Notes under the pieces: generated by a model
What the model was told of the DNA's origin: nothing
Seen by the model: the letters and a program-made list of their open reading frames with translations, nothing else
Databases searched by the model: none
Translations under genes and position numbers: made by a program
Shown: positions 25,755 through 37,996 of the stretch, piece after piece
How positions within the stretch are numbered: the stretch's first letter is position 1
How the letters are laid out: each line of letters opens with the position of its first letter
Source of the DNA: Batkoa obscura
Taxonomy: Eukaryota
NCBI GenBank assembly: GCA_030770535.1
Contig: JASVEC010000018.1
Location: 930,001-994,000, forward strand
Direction: 5' to 3'
DNA: 64,000 nucleotides

Positions 25755-28700
25755 TCAATCCTCCATCATTTTTTCATGTTCCTCAGTCAATTGATTATCA
25801 CTATATTCAACATTCATTTCAATTTTTTCATCAGTTTTAATATCTTCTACTTCATCCGGACTGGAGATTGATTTATGAGATTGAATTTTATTTTTAACTC
25901 TTTTAGATTCTCTTGCCGCAGTATTTTCAACTTCATTATGGTAAAGCAGCAGTTCACTTGCTCCATCAATTTTTACTTCATCTGAACTTAGTTTTGGTTC
26001 ATAATACAAAATTTTATTTTTCGCTCTTTTTGATCTCCTTGGCACAATATTTCCAAAACCATTATGATAAGGCGATATTTCATCTGCTTCATCAATTTTA
26101 GATTTGTCATTTTTTACATTATCTGAATTCGGAGCTGATTTATAAGTTTGAGTATCGTTTATTCTCTTTGATCTTCTTGCCCCGGTATCCTTAAGCTCAT
26201 TATGTGAAGCCAATCTTTTACTTTGTTTACTAGCTTTAAACTTTTCACGTAAGTTGTTAATGATCCTTCCTTTTAAAACTAAGGTTCCGGTAACTTCCTT
26301 TTGGATAGTGCTCCAAACATTGGCTAACAACCTTGATGAATTTACTACGTCAATGCACCTCGAATGATTGTATGGAAGTGTTCTAAATTCATTAGTTAGT
26401 TGGGTACAAATCAGAGCACTTTCTGGTGCCACAAAGTCCATTGCAGTTTTGATACAATGATGAAGATTCTGGACTTGATGAGCACAACCAGCTGGTATAA
26501 GTACTGCATCACCAGGCTTTTGATAGATCTGGTGACTTACTACACTGTAATCATTTGCAAGGCCCTCTAGGTCTTTTTCAGTCAAATAAACGGCTTGGTC
26601 ATGAATTGGATGACAGTTCACATAATCTTTCTTATATCTTAATATAAACTTTTTAAGCATCTCTATGTCTTCTCTTTTAAATATGTGCCATAAAGCGCCT
26701 GGCTCATTTGGACCACCTGAGGAGTAGTTCATTATATTAATGGCATCTGCGGCATCCAAATGAAGTGGCGTGGTGCCAAATTCCTTACCATTTTCGTAAT
26801 AATAGGAATTGTACATTTTTGGTCCAAGATCTGGGACAACGTGGATATCTGGCAGATATGAAACTAGGTTAAACTTACCATCATATCTCATATACTCTGG
26901 AAATGGTATAAGATTCATGAAATCATTGTAGAGACATTCAAAATATTCCTTGAAACTTCTATCAGATGGCCAATCCTTGATCTTGGCTGGTATTTGCTTT
27001 TCATTAAATTGGACTCCCTTATTTTCATTATTAAAGTTAGTGAAGAAATCTTTTACTTTTATTCTATCATATTTTTTACTATTTAAATAGATAATGTCAG
27101 TTTCAGCTTCCGCATAATGCTCGATAAAGAACGAAGGGTCAACAGAATACTTTGATAAACTCATATCAAGCTCAATTACCATTGGAGTGGCCTTTTTCCA
27201 CGCTACTTGGAAATCAGATAGGTTAATAGCATTTTTCTTTCCGAACGGGTAAGGAAGGGAGATATGATCGAGATTAGGCAATAATTCACTCCTAATACTT
27301 CCAGCTTCAGCTGTCATATCGAGAGAGTTGAACCTAAGCATAGAATCATAAAATTTATCAAACTCCTTTAATGTATAACAAGAAAATGGCAAAAACATTC
27401 TACGAGTATGAAAACTAGCATCAGAACCACGAGGACTAATACAATCAAAAGGGTTTGCTCTAAAATCAAATTCATAATAAAAGTTCTTATAGCATAAGGC
27501 ACATAGCTCGGTCCCGCATTTACGACACATATAGAAAAAGCAGAAAACAGAAGTTCTACATTTATCACAAATCTGTGCTATAGGCCGAACCATTGCACGA
27601 TAACGTATGTCATTTCCAAATTTTTGGTAAATTTCAATTTCGTGTTTCAATGATTCTTTTAATGCCGGGTTGATATATTCTTTTATATACTTATAATCTT
27701 CATCCGTAACTTCATTGTTGTATGCAATCAACGGCGCTGTTGGTAAGTCTGGAGGTGTGAATGAATCTACAATTTTTGATTTTTTCCCCCCGGTTCCTTT
27801 TATAAAATCACATATTTCGTCTTTGAATTCATCATACTCAATTGCTTTAATAAAAGAACAGCCATCGACCAGTTCATTTCTTTCGTCTTTGGCAAATAAT
27901 CGTGTGGCTCTAAATCTACAAGCATCATTTTTTTTTATGACACATGATTTACAACGATTGAATATATTGATATCCTTTGCGTTACATGCTTGATTTTGGA
28001 CAATACAAAAATCAAGCTTCAAGTCCTCACAAGCTTTCAATGATTCATCAACGTGTGCTTCTAGTTTTTCTACATCGTCTGGATAGCCTGGTCTTGCTTT
28101 CAAATATCTATTAATTTTATGTTTGACTCTTAAACTTAAATCGTGATAATCTATATTAAGAGAATTTTCAAAATCGGTCGCATCTAATATTATATTTTCC
28201 TGTGACTTATTTCTTTTAGCTGAGTCTGCTCTGGTTCTTTTTTTTATGATAGTCTTCTTTTGAAAAGTAGAATCAAAGTCATAATCAGGATTGTTACTTT
28301 CAATAGAATTAGCAGGGATAATAAAAGTTGAAGGTATAATATCTTTACTAAAGTATTGGCTACCAAAAAACATCAAAAGGGAATCTGGGTTAAATTCAAA
28401 CTCATTTTTTTCTGACCATTTGCTAAAGTCTTCAATAAATTTAAACCATTTTGATAGCAATACTTTAGAAAAAGGGCAATTGCGGTTAATTTTAAAAAAA
28501 TCTAACGATTTTGGGGATTGGAGTTTGAATTCTTCATAGGTGGAGCGTAAAGTAGAAGTGAATTGTTTTTCTTCTGGTGATGATGGATAATTAAATTTGA
28601 AATCACAAAGGGTTTTTTTGTCCTTTGGTTCCAATCCTCTAACGAGGATACTTGAGATTAAAAGTATTAACAAAGGTGATTCATCTCTGTTAAATAGTGT

Positions 28701-28973
28701 ATTGAATTCTTTTATTTTGTATAGCCATTCTAGTAATATTTCTCTTTTACGCCTATTTTTTATTACCGTTGAATCTTGGATCGTGTTTTTGACTTGACTC
28801 TCATCCCTTTTGAATATTTCATAGATAGCTTCCACTTCCTCTTTAATCATATTAACATCCTCATCAAATAAAATGTTGACATCGACCCTTTCAAAGGTAA
28901 AAGGAAACCTATCTACTTCAACTTTAATGTTCTTTGTCATCCCTTCAGTTTTATCGACAATCTCTTTATCCAT
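25755..28973 (-). CDS. KDM3/JHDM2-like JmjC histone demethylase, 1072 aa, intronless
   Basis: Zinc finger CDKCRTSVFCFFYMCRKCGTELCALC; KIKDWP, PDLGPKMYN, GTTPLHLDAADAINIM (H-x-D), GALWHIF, HPIHDQ, PAGCAHQVQNL (third Fe ligand); basic repeated RRSKR tail. Confidence 0.92.
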   Translation of the reverse strand: MDKEIVDKTEGMTKNIKVEVDRFPFTFERVDVNILFDEDVNMIKEEVEAIYEIFKRDESQVKNTIQDSTVIKNRRKREILLEWLYKIKEFNTLFNRDESPLLILLISSILVRGLEPKDKKTLCDFKFNYPSSPEEKQFTSTLRSTYEEFKLQSPKSLDFFKINRNCPFSKVLLSKWFKFIEDFSKWSEKNEFEFNPDSLLMFFGSQYFSKDIIPSTFIIPANSIESNNPDYDFDSTFQKKTIIKKRTRADSAKRNKSQENIILDATDFENSLNIDYHDLSLRVKHKINRYLKARPGYPDDVEKLEAHVDESLKACEDLKLDFCIVQNQACNAKDINIFNRCKSCVIKKNDACRFRATRLFAKDERNELVDGCSFIKAIEYDEFKDEICDFIKGTGGKKSKIVDSFTPPDLPTAPLIAYNNEVTDEDYKYIKEYINPALKESLKHEIEIYQKFGNDIRYRAMVRPIAQICDKCRTSVFCFFYMCRKCGTELCALCYKNFYYEFDFRANPFDCISPRGSDASFHTRRMFLPFSCYTLKEFDKFYDSMLRFNSLDMTAEAGSIRSELLPNLDHISLPYPFGKKNAINLSDFQVAWKKATPMVIELDMSLSKYSVDPSFFIEHYAEAETDIIYLNSKKYDRIKVKDFFTNFNNENKGVQFNEKQIPAKIKDWPSDRSFKEYFECLYNDFMNLIPFPEYMRYDGKFNLVSYLPDIHVVPDLGPKMYNSYYYENGKEFGTTPLHLDAADAINIMNYSSGGPNEPGALWHIFKREDIEMLKKFILRYKKDYVNCHPIHDQAVYLTEKDLEGLANDYSVVSHQIYQKPGDAVLIPAGCAHQVQNLHHCIKTAMDFVAPESALICTQLTNEFRTLPYNHSRCIDVVNSSRLLANVWSTIQKEVTGTLVLKGRIINNLREKFKASKQSKRLASHNELKDTGARRSKRINDTQTYKSAPNSDNVKNDKSKIDEADEISPYHNGFGNIVPRRSKRAKNKILYYEPKLSSDEVKIDGASELLLYHNEVENTAARESKRVKNKIQSHKSISSPDEVEDIKTDEKIEMNVEYSDNQLTEEHEKMMED

Positions 28974-29818
28974 TTACCTTTAATTGCAAGTTACAATTAA
29001 TTTAAAACCCTGCTTTTTATATCTTTGAAGCTTCATAGTTGTCAATCATTCTTATTGGTTAAATTTGTTACAGTTTTTATTCAGGGAGTTGTTTGGTCAA
29101 GGTCTAGGTAATGAGTCGATTTTGACATCAGATTAGAAAGTTGGCTCATACAATTGTTGTAGCTCTTTTCTAAGCTATTAACTACCTATCTTAAAAGAAG
29201 ATTTGTGTTAAAATTCGAAAAAAGCATGCATCAGGCTTTTAAAAAATGATAACATAGATATTTGCTTATAAAAACCATCACTAAAAGCGTCACAAAAGAG
29301 TTGCAACAGTTGTAAAGTGTAAATTTAAATAAAAGTAACTTTTAAAATATTTATTTATTAAGACATTTAAAATCTATTTAATTAGTTATTTCAAGATTAT
29401 AGTCGAAGTTTAAAAACCTACATAGAAGTAAAAAAATACATATCCAATATATTGTATTTTTTAAATATCTAATATGATAAAACAAAAAAACAGCGTAAAT
29501 TAAGCCTAAATCTATAGAAATCAATAAATTTAATTATATCTCCTCTCTTGACTCCATCGTTCATTAACTATATACCTTCCGCTTTCTACTTTATTTCCTA
29601 TTAAGAACAAAAAAGCCTGGAAAACCTTTAGCAACCCTTTTAAAATAAAATAAAATTGATATAAATAACAAAATCCAAGTTTGCAAAAATATAATTGTTC
29701 AATTTAGATAAATAAAAGTTTAATAAATAAAAGAGTCATTTAGTAAAACAGTAACTTTAAAGGGATTATAAACTATAAACAATAATGAAATGAAGATATA
29801 TTTAATAAAGTAACTGTT

Positions 29819-31027
29819 TTAACATTCATAATTAAAATATTCCACCTTCATATCAATAAATCCACCATTTGAAAGGATTTCTTGATCATTCCAATTAATA
29901 TAACCACCTGCCCAATCTCGAGTACCTGGGGAGCCTGCACCACCATCCCATAACATAAATTGTACTTGAACTGGTGAAGTAGGGAAATTATACGATTTGG
30001 TACTTGGATTGTAGGTGGATTCTTTAGTGATCTTACGAATCATTACATTATCAACATAAAACGATATAAAATCTCGAGTCCAATTGATGGTATATGTATG
30101 ATAATTGTAATGGGTGTTAGAGGTACAATCATAAAATTGACCTTTGGAGTAATCTAAAATACCTTTATAATAATAGTTTGTTTGCACGGATGTTTCTTTG
30201 TGACCTACCCATTCAAAATCAACCTCATCACCGTCCTTAGATATTAAGTTAAAGGCACTAACTACACCACCAACTCGAGCTGATTTAATTCTAGCTGTAA
30301 AGCGTCCATAATGATAATATTTCTTTGTTCTCGCCCAGCCCCCTGCTCCTGCTTTCATCTCTGGGGAAGATAATACCATATTATCATTTTTAATTATTTT
30401 TAAAGATAATGAGTTCCTTTCCCAACTTACAGGTCCACCATAGATAAAATTACCACCACTCGTCAAACTACTTTCAGTATTAAAGTTCTCTTTCCAAGCA
30501 TTACATGTTTGTACATCCCATCCATTATTGGGATAATTCCATTCATTATTAATATCAGGCATTATAGGCATAACATCAACCGATGGGTAATGCGGATCAA
30601 CAATAATATTGTTGGTAGGATAAACAGGGGAGATAGGTGGTTTATTACCACAAGATAAATGAGAATAACTACCATAGGGGTTACATCCAGCGTGACAATA
30701 ATCTGGTCCAGAACCACAGTAGCCAAATTGGGAACAGCAAGGAGCATCAAAAGGGCAATGAGAGTTTGTAGAGCATCTTTTAATATCAGAGTTAGTATGT
30801 TGCTCGTGATGTATTGGTGGTTTATAGTTAAAACAACTGTGTGGCATAAAACTTGATCCAAAATTACAACCCACGCCACAGTGCTCCCAACTAGAACCAC
30901 AATAGCCAAACTGTGAACAGCATGGTGCCTCATATCCACACTTCCCTCCATTGTCGCATCTTTCTTGTGCTAATATAGTGCTTAGACTGAAAATAAATAA
31001 TACTGATGCTAAAAATAGTTTATACAT
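29819..31027 (-). CDS. Secreted GH16 (Crh/Utr2-like) transglycosylase with two hevein/CBM18 chitin-binding domains
   Basis: Signal peptide; APCCSQFGYCG twice; catalytic DEVDFEW; VQTNYY; LWDGG...DWAGG. Confidence 0.92.
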   Translation of the reverse strand: MYKLFLASVLFIFSLSTILAQERCDNGGKCGYEAPCCSQFGYCGSSWEHCGVGCNFGSSFMPHSCFNYKPPIHHEQHTNSDIKRCSTNSHCPFDAPCCSQFGYCGSGPDYCHAGCNPYGSYSHLSCGNKPPISPVYPTNNIIVDPHYPSVDVMPIMPDINNEWNYPNNGWDVQTCNAWKENFNTESSLTSGGNFIYGGPVSWERNSLSLKIIKNDNMVLSSPEMKAGAGGWARTKKYYHYGRFTARIKSARVGGVVSAFNLISKDGDEVDFEWVGHKETSVQTNYYYKGILDYSKGQFYDCTSNTHYNYHTYTINWTRDFISFYVDNVMIRKITKESTYNPSTKSYNFPTSPVQVQFMLWDGGAGSPGTRDWAGGYINWNDQEILSNGGFIDMKVEYFNYEC

Positions 31028-31975
31028 GAGATTAGTTATTAATTATATATGACTTGATTGAGATAAATTGAAAAATAAATAGAAAAGAAAATGAGTTTAT
31101 AGCGTTTATATACTCCCCTTAGTTATCCCATTGGTATTCCTTTATTACTCTCATCCTTTTAAATTAAAATTTATTTCAACTCTCAATTGTGTCTGAACCA
31201 AAATTTTAAGTGGAGTTATTTTGATCAGCAAAATTCAAACTAAATTTGCTAATGACATTAAAATTTAGGAGAATTAGCAATCAAACAACGGAAAAATTCA
31301 AGTATTGAAATAGTAGTAATTTTTAGTCTACAATTAAAATAATAGCAATTCATAATTATTGATCAAACTAGTAATTTAAAAGTTGTAATTTTAACGTTTG
31401 ATTTTAAAGTTTGGTTTATAAGTGCTACTATTAGAAAAATATTGGAATAGTATGTACTAGATTAAAATCCTTTATGTTACTTTTTCTATTTGAACTTTTT
31501 TTAATTCAAAATATTTGGTAAGCAAAAGCAATATTTACAAATATCTTAATCCTCATCTATCCCTTTCTTTGTCAAAATTTCTCCAACAAAAAAGACTTGA
31601 GAGTGTCCAATTTTTTTAGATTTTAGTATTCATAACATCTCTATTAATAGCTCTTTGTTTAAAAGTTTAAATATTACAAATCGTGACAAGTAAATAGCAT
31701 CTTAACTTATAAAATAAAATAATCCATTATCAAACGATTTCAAATATAAATTAAATATGTAGTTTTATTCTCAATAGTTTAAATGCTGTAGTAAAGCTAA
31801 AGTTCAATGTTTCAAACAATTAATCTTTAAATGGACTTATACTTTTATCTTAAGATATGTATAAAGCTTTGAGTTTTCAAAAGATAAAGCCAAAATTGTT
31901 TATAGAATAAGAAGGATAAAATACTAATGTATTACCTAAAAAATCGCTTCAAATTCAAGTCAACTATCCATTTTT

Positions 31976-33606
31976 CTAACTAGGATTATAATTTAATTTA
32001 GCCAATGTATTTGGAACCCTTGGAAACTCATTACAATCCTCTTCAATCCCGAATTTTCTTTTCAATTTTTTCAACATTTCAGCCTTAACAAAATATTCCT
32101 CTTCCTGCTTTAAAAGTATTTCACAAGCCCCATTCAAAATAGATGATTGAGATTGTACTTTTTCCTCGCCACTACAATCCTTTAAAACATTGGCAAGCTC
32201 TTTAAACATTGCTGTTAATGCTGCTCTTCTCTTTTGTTCCGAAGCTTGATGGACTAATCGTTTTCTTTTAACTATTTGTTCAAAACTAGGTGCATAGTTC
32301 AATCCGAGTGCGGCTGAATTACCTTCCACAATTAATTGATAATTTGATTTCGTAGACAATTGAGTAGCACTTAAATTGGTATTCACACCAGCTGGCATAA
32401 TTGCTGGACTAATCAATGGTCGATGGTTACTAGGTCGTCGTCTATTAGTTGGATAGCGTTTTTTAATTTCTTGATCTTTTATAGGAATTTGACTTGTTTC
32501 ATTTTTTCCTTTATTTCCTTGTGGATTACCAATGGATTCAACGTCATCTTCTGGTATGACCGGTGGGATGACTGCTTTTAGTTTTGAAGTGGATAATGGG
32601 TTAGCTATAAATGGTTCGGCTGTTATGTTCTCTTTAATATCTAAACCAGTACCATTCGATAAACGAGAACTCATTAAGTTTAATGGGGTAATGATGGATT
32701 TTGTTTTATTTTGAATAGAAGCCATATTAGTTGCTATAATATTACCATTTACACTCATATGATCGTTATGATTATTTATACTGTTAACAGTTTGGTCTAA
32801 TTCTATATTATTATTCACATTGAGATCAGTGCTTTTAATAGTTATATCTTGATTGTTTAGATTATTGATAATGTTAGCATTGAGTTCTGAAATAGTAATA
32901 TCTTCATCATAAGTAGCTATTGGAACATTATTATCTTTTAGGTCAATATCTGGGATATCCTAAAGCAAATATTAATTAATGATAATTAGTAATCAAAGTA
33001 AAATAAATATACTTTTTGTAAATTAAAATTGTTTAACATATTTAAATGACCAGAGTTGGGCAAAGACCAAAACTTATTAATATAAGGGTTTACTACCGGA
33101 GAAAACAGAGTGTTATCTATCATATAGACAGGAGGAGTAAAATTACCAGGGTGGTGATGTTCATTGTTGTTTAATGAATTTAAAAAAGGTTGGTTATTGT
33201 ATTCCATTAAATTTAAATTTAAATTCAGATGATTCATAGTATTCGTTTCATTATTTAGAGTATTATTTAAGCTTGTATTTATAGTACTGTAATTATTTTG
33301 ATGAATGGTAGTTATGCCATTCCATTGAGGGGTATTGAAATGTATATGATGATTTGGTGGGTTTAAATTAATATTATTTAATAGCCCCGGATTATAATAC
33401 AATTTATCTTGATTTTCCAAGTTTTGTAAATAGTTGACCACTTTATTAATATCTTCCGATTTTAATATTAAGTTACTAGAATCTAAATTGGTATCATCGA
33501 TACACTTGGTATTATCCTTAAAATGCTTAATAAATTTATTTAATAAATTTATAGAATTAGTTACTTCATCAGTTTCTTTATTAAATGTAGCTTCATTATA
33601 ATTCAT
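31976..33606 (-). CDS. bHLH transcription factor (one intron, 32960-33012)
   Basis: KRKRLVHQASEQKRR...FKELANVL...SQSSIL bHLH; a 53-nt GT-AG intron joins ORFs 32986-33606 and 31976-32818 in frame. Confidence 0.78.
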
Positions 33607-34415
33607 ACTAAATTTTAAAAACAGTAAAGATTGAACATTTTATTTTAACAGAAGTAATTACTTTTTTTCAACGTGGTAAAACGATTGGTGATTAATGGCT
33701 TCACTAATAAATTAGATTAGAATTGCTTTTAAAATCTTTTAATATTTGAACAGATTTTATTTAAATGTAAGCCATTTCAATTAAATTTTGAATTTTCTCA
33801 TTTATGTCAGAATTAAAGATCAAGAATAAATTAAGTTTGATTGGAATATTACATTTTTAATCCTGATATAAATGAAAAGATCTAAAATTTAGTTAAAACA
33901 ATTTACATCTAAATGAAATAATTACTTTCATTGTTATTTTTATCAATACTTTTTAAAGTCAAAATTACTTAAGTTTAGTTTGTCTGAAGCAAACATCAAA
34001 CTGTTTATTTGAAGTTAACTTGAATCCAAAAATAACATTAACAGAATAAAATCATTATAACTAGTTAAAATAAAAAGAAATATAGAATTCTTTTTTGTTT
34101 TTGTTTAACCACTATCTTTTCCATTATTTCTACTGGAAAAAAACGGACAAATAAACTTCTAAGACAACTTCTAATAAATAGAATATTTTGTACTATATTA
34201 TTAAGCTTCTTTTGTAAGTCAATTCCTCCAATTTAATAACTTCTATTCATCTATCAAACTAAATAACAACTATGAATTTTTGGTTTTCAAGCATCAAACT
34301 ATCATAAATAACTTCACTAAAATTCATTAATTACATTTCATTTGCTTAAAAAATTCCATCAAAAATTCTCCACTCACTTCGGAAACGCTTCATTTTCAAT
34401 AAAAATAAATCCAAA

Positions 34416-35282
34416 ATGACCCGCTTTGCAAGATATAAAAAAACGTATTTAGAAGCGGATGGTTTTAAAGGAAAAGGGACTTCAAGTAATCAACCAAAAT
34501 TAGATCATCAAGGTAAGAAAGATTCTAATATTCTTTATTAAACTTAAAAATTAAATATTTTAAAACATTAGCAAAAAGATCCGATATTAGAAGGGAAAAA
34601 AGAAAATATGATAGAAACTCAAAGATGGTACTGATTGAATATTAAAAAATAAAGCACAGAATTTTAACTAATATAACTACCAACTAGGTCTGTTTCAATT
34701 GTCGAAAACCAGGCCATAGTGTTAAAGATTGTCCCACCAATTCAACTGCAAATCCAAATTTAGATACCGAATTAGATACTGTTGAGTTAGCGACTGGTAT
34801 CTGTTATCATTGCGGTACAATGGAACATAGCTCAAAAAATTGTGATCATATTAATAGAAAAAGTAAACCCAGTTATGTTAAAAATAGCATTTCTATTAAC
34901 ACGGTCATTTAGAACACCCATTTAAGTTTGCTACTTGCTTTTTATGTCGAGAAGACGGTCATTTAGCTAGTAAATGTAAAAATAATATTAATGGCTTATA
35001 TCCCAATGGTGGTGGTTGTAAACATTGTGATTCAAAAGACCATTTTGCCAAAGATTGTGAGATGGAAAAGAAAGGTAATAACTAATTTTCTTATTTTCAA
35101 AAAAAAATAGAATATTCCTTTTTTTAGATGAAGATGTTGCTGAAGTTGGTACAATGGACTTGAATTTAGGAGCTGATGATGATGATGTATTTTTAGAAAT
35201 GTATAAAAAACAAGCGAATAAAAGAAGTAAAATTCCAGAAAAGAAAGTAGTAAAGAAAAAAGCTAAAGTGGTGAATTTTTAA
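34416..35282 (+). CDS. Zinc-knuckle protein, ZCCHC9-like, spliced
   Basis: MTRFAR start; four CX2CX4HX4C knuckles; GLYPNGGGC; KVVNF* end. Confidence 0.85.
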
Positions 35283-35743
35283 TAATTGTTATTATTTTTA
35301 AATAAAATGGTTTGTTATAGAGTAAATTAAATGGATTATTTTTGTTAATTGATAGACAGCATTTGCTCTTTAATGGTAGAGTAAGAACTATTCTTTTCTT
35401 CTGTTAAATAATTTAAAGTTTCATCGATATCACATAAGTTTAGTAATAAATTAGATACTCTAGTAGTTGGTTGCACTAAAGTAGTATAATAGTACCTCAA
35501 GGTAAAAATGGGTTGGTTATTAAAAAAGCTGACAACAACTTTTATAGAATCATCTATAAAAGATTTTTGATTAATTATATAAATTAAAAAATAACCTTCG
35601 TTACTAACAAGTTCCGTTATTTAATCATTCATGGCATTTATAAACCATCTGCCTTGAGGATAATATAGCTTGATATCTTGTTCACTTTCCATCAATAAAT
35701 CAGAATTGGACTTATACAGTTTATAAGTAAAATAAACAGTTAG

Positions 35744-35840
35744 GGAGATGTATTTTTTGTTTAAGAGTTTTACTAATAGTTTCTCCATTCAAATAGCGCT
35801 CAAAAATGGAAAAAGTGATGAAATAAAAAAAAACACTCCT
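35744..35840 (-). mobile_element. MITE copy
   Basis: GGAGATGTAT...CAAATAGCGCT...ACACTCCT; TSD unclear. Confidence 0.75.
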
Positions 35841-37195
35841 AGCTGCTAATAATCATACATATTGAATTTTTAAAAGCTAACTAGTAGCATTTAATTGAAT
35901 TCCAGTTGATTTTAAATCTTAATCTTTCTGTTGTCATTTTCTATTTTACTATATCAATTACTAAAAAGGCTTATAATCCGGACCACTTGATTCATTTGAA
36001 GTGAAAATTTATTTAAACCAAAACCTTAACTACAAACACGGAAACATACTTACAACCAATATAGAACCCATGAATATTATAATTAACAACCCAATGGATC
36101 CATTTCATCACCACTATGGGAATCATTAGACGAATAAACATATATGGTTTAATTTATGTGACACTAACAGTAAAACCCTTATTATATATTATAATAGCAC
36201 TGCTAGATAACTTAAAATATACAAAATTAAAATAATCAGAATCAGAATAAAAAATCAGATCGTAATTTTATTTGATGATAGCTCACTATTAAATCCCATA
36301 AAAATTATTTAACGTCTATATAAATCCCATTTCAGCTAAACATACTTCATCAGGCTTAAGTCAATATAGCCATATATAAACTAATACCAAAGCTAATCTA
36401 TTAATAATTTAAATCAATTTTAACCTTCTTTCTTTTTCTATCCTAATATTATATAAAATATAGACCAATGAGTAAAATGAATAACATAACAAAATCATGT
36501 TGATAAAAGCCACATCTTACTTCTTTTTTCCTAACATTTCAAGGTGTTATTTTACTGTCCCTGATTTGTTTTATATAATCTACCCAACTTTAGTAGAAAA
36601 AGTGAAAAGAGATCGTCAAATTGTGCTTTAAAAACGGAATGTTCGTCTCAAAAATAATTAAAAATACACATTAAAATGATCCCATTTTTAAACAAGTAAA
36701 GTAAATAAATGTTACATTAAGTAATGAAAATAACTTTTGTACTCAAACAAAATGACCATCAGTTAAAATAGCATTATAGAAAACATATTTAACAAATTAT
36801 TTGAATAAGATGTAGAAACTATTTTATTCAACTTTGCTATATTACTATTTATGACTGATTTCATAACTCAACTGTCTTTAAACTTCATACAAGAGAATTG
36901 ATAAACACACTTCAATCTATCACAAGAGTAACTCAAGAACTGGAAATTGCCATGTATACAATGATTCTTATCATACTTTATCAAGAAATTATTAAGACTA
37001 ACAATCAAGCTATAAAGATACTAAAAGTTAACAAAGAAAGATTTTTTTGATTTTTAAGCCACTGCTAATATTTACCAAATTTAAGCCTTCCAATGGATCT
37101 TATGAAATTATGGGACTTTATCCTTCAATTTAGTTTTTATTTGAACTAAATTTTGATACTTTAGTTTTAATCCATAAAACAATCTTTCCAATAGT

Positions 37196-37663
37196 ATGTT
37201 TTTTTTCAACCCTATCAAAGCCACTATAGTCAACAATCTTAAAACTGGTATTTCAACTAGTTTTAAACGTTATCGTCATGAAGTTAGTAAAGCAATCATT
37301 TATGATACCAAAACTTTAGAAGATGGCTCCAAATTTATATCTCGAGTCCCATCAATGGAACCTAAGCTCAGTCAGTTACCACCTGCTCTTAATCTTAAAG
37401 GACCAAAGGGTAATTTTCGCCAATTAACGGATATGGAAATCAAAGAAATGCAAAGATTAAGATTAGAAGATCCAGCTCTTTGGACGCGCTCGAAATTAGC
37501 TAAAAAATTTAATTGTGCTGAAAGACAAGTTTATTTAAAAGCTAAGGCTAATCATGAATATCATCAATGTTTACAAGAGAAACAAAAATTAGAATGGCAA
37601 AAATTAGGATTTAAACGTCAATTGATTTTTATTAACCGTCAAAGAAGACGTGCTGAATGGTAA
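37196..37663 (+). CDS. MRPL20: Mitochondrial ribosomal protein mL58 (MrpL20)-like
   Basis: Presequence-like N-terminus; LPPAL...LTDMEIKEMQRLRLEDPALWTRSKLAKKFNC. Confidence 0.75.
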   Translation: MFFFNPIKATIVNNLKTGISTSFKRYRHEVSKAIIYDTKTLEDGSKFISRVPSMEPKLSQLPPALNLKGPKGNFRQLTDMEIKEMQRLRLEDPALWTRSKLAKKFNCAERQVYLKAKANHEYHQCLQEKQKLEWQKLGFKRQLIFINRQRRRAEW

Positions 37664-37996
37664 CCAAGTATAGAGTAAAAAAAGGTTAAACAAAGTTCTA
37701 CTAAAATAAAATAAGATAATAAAATTTTAATTTTTTGGATTATTATTCTATTATTCTACTAACTTATTTACTAGGTTTTGTTCTTTTTAGATTATGTAGG
37801 CTATTAAAGTTTTATTTTTATTATCAGTAATAAGTTTTTAATAATAATAATAATAATCAATCAATTGATCAATTAATCAAAAATAATTTAAATAAAAGTT
37901 CCATTTTTATTAAATTATTAGAACCTTAAAAGCAAGATACAAAATAATCATTATTCTTGATATTACTACAAAAATTGAGTTTTAATCCACCAATGC

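Noticed and set aside
24085..29450. Intact JmjC gene as cargo of a Sola2-like element starting near 24085
   Set aside because: No convincing matching terminus or TSD found upstream of the gene
25913..32714. Antisense or alternate-frame ORFs 25913, 27368, 27715, 28291, 28597, 30562, 30659 and 32532
   Set aside because: Shadows overlapping well-supported genes; no independent motifs
35340..37050. Possible decayed gene(s) between the ZCCHC9-like gene and MRPL20
   Set aside because: Codon-like patches but no sustained frame or recognisable motif
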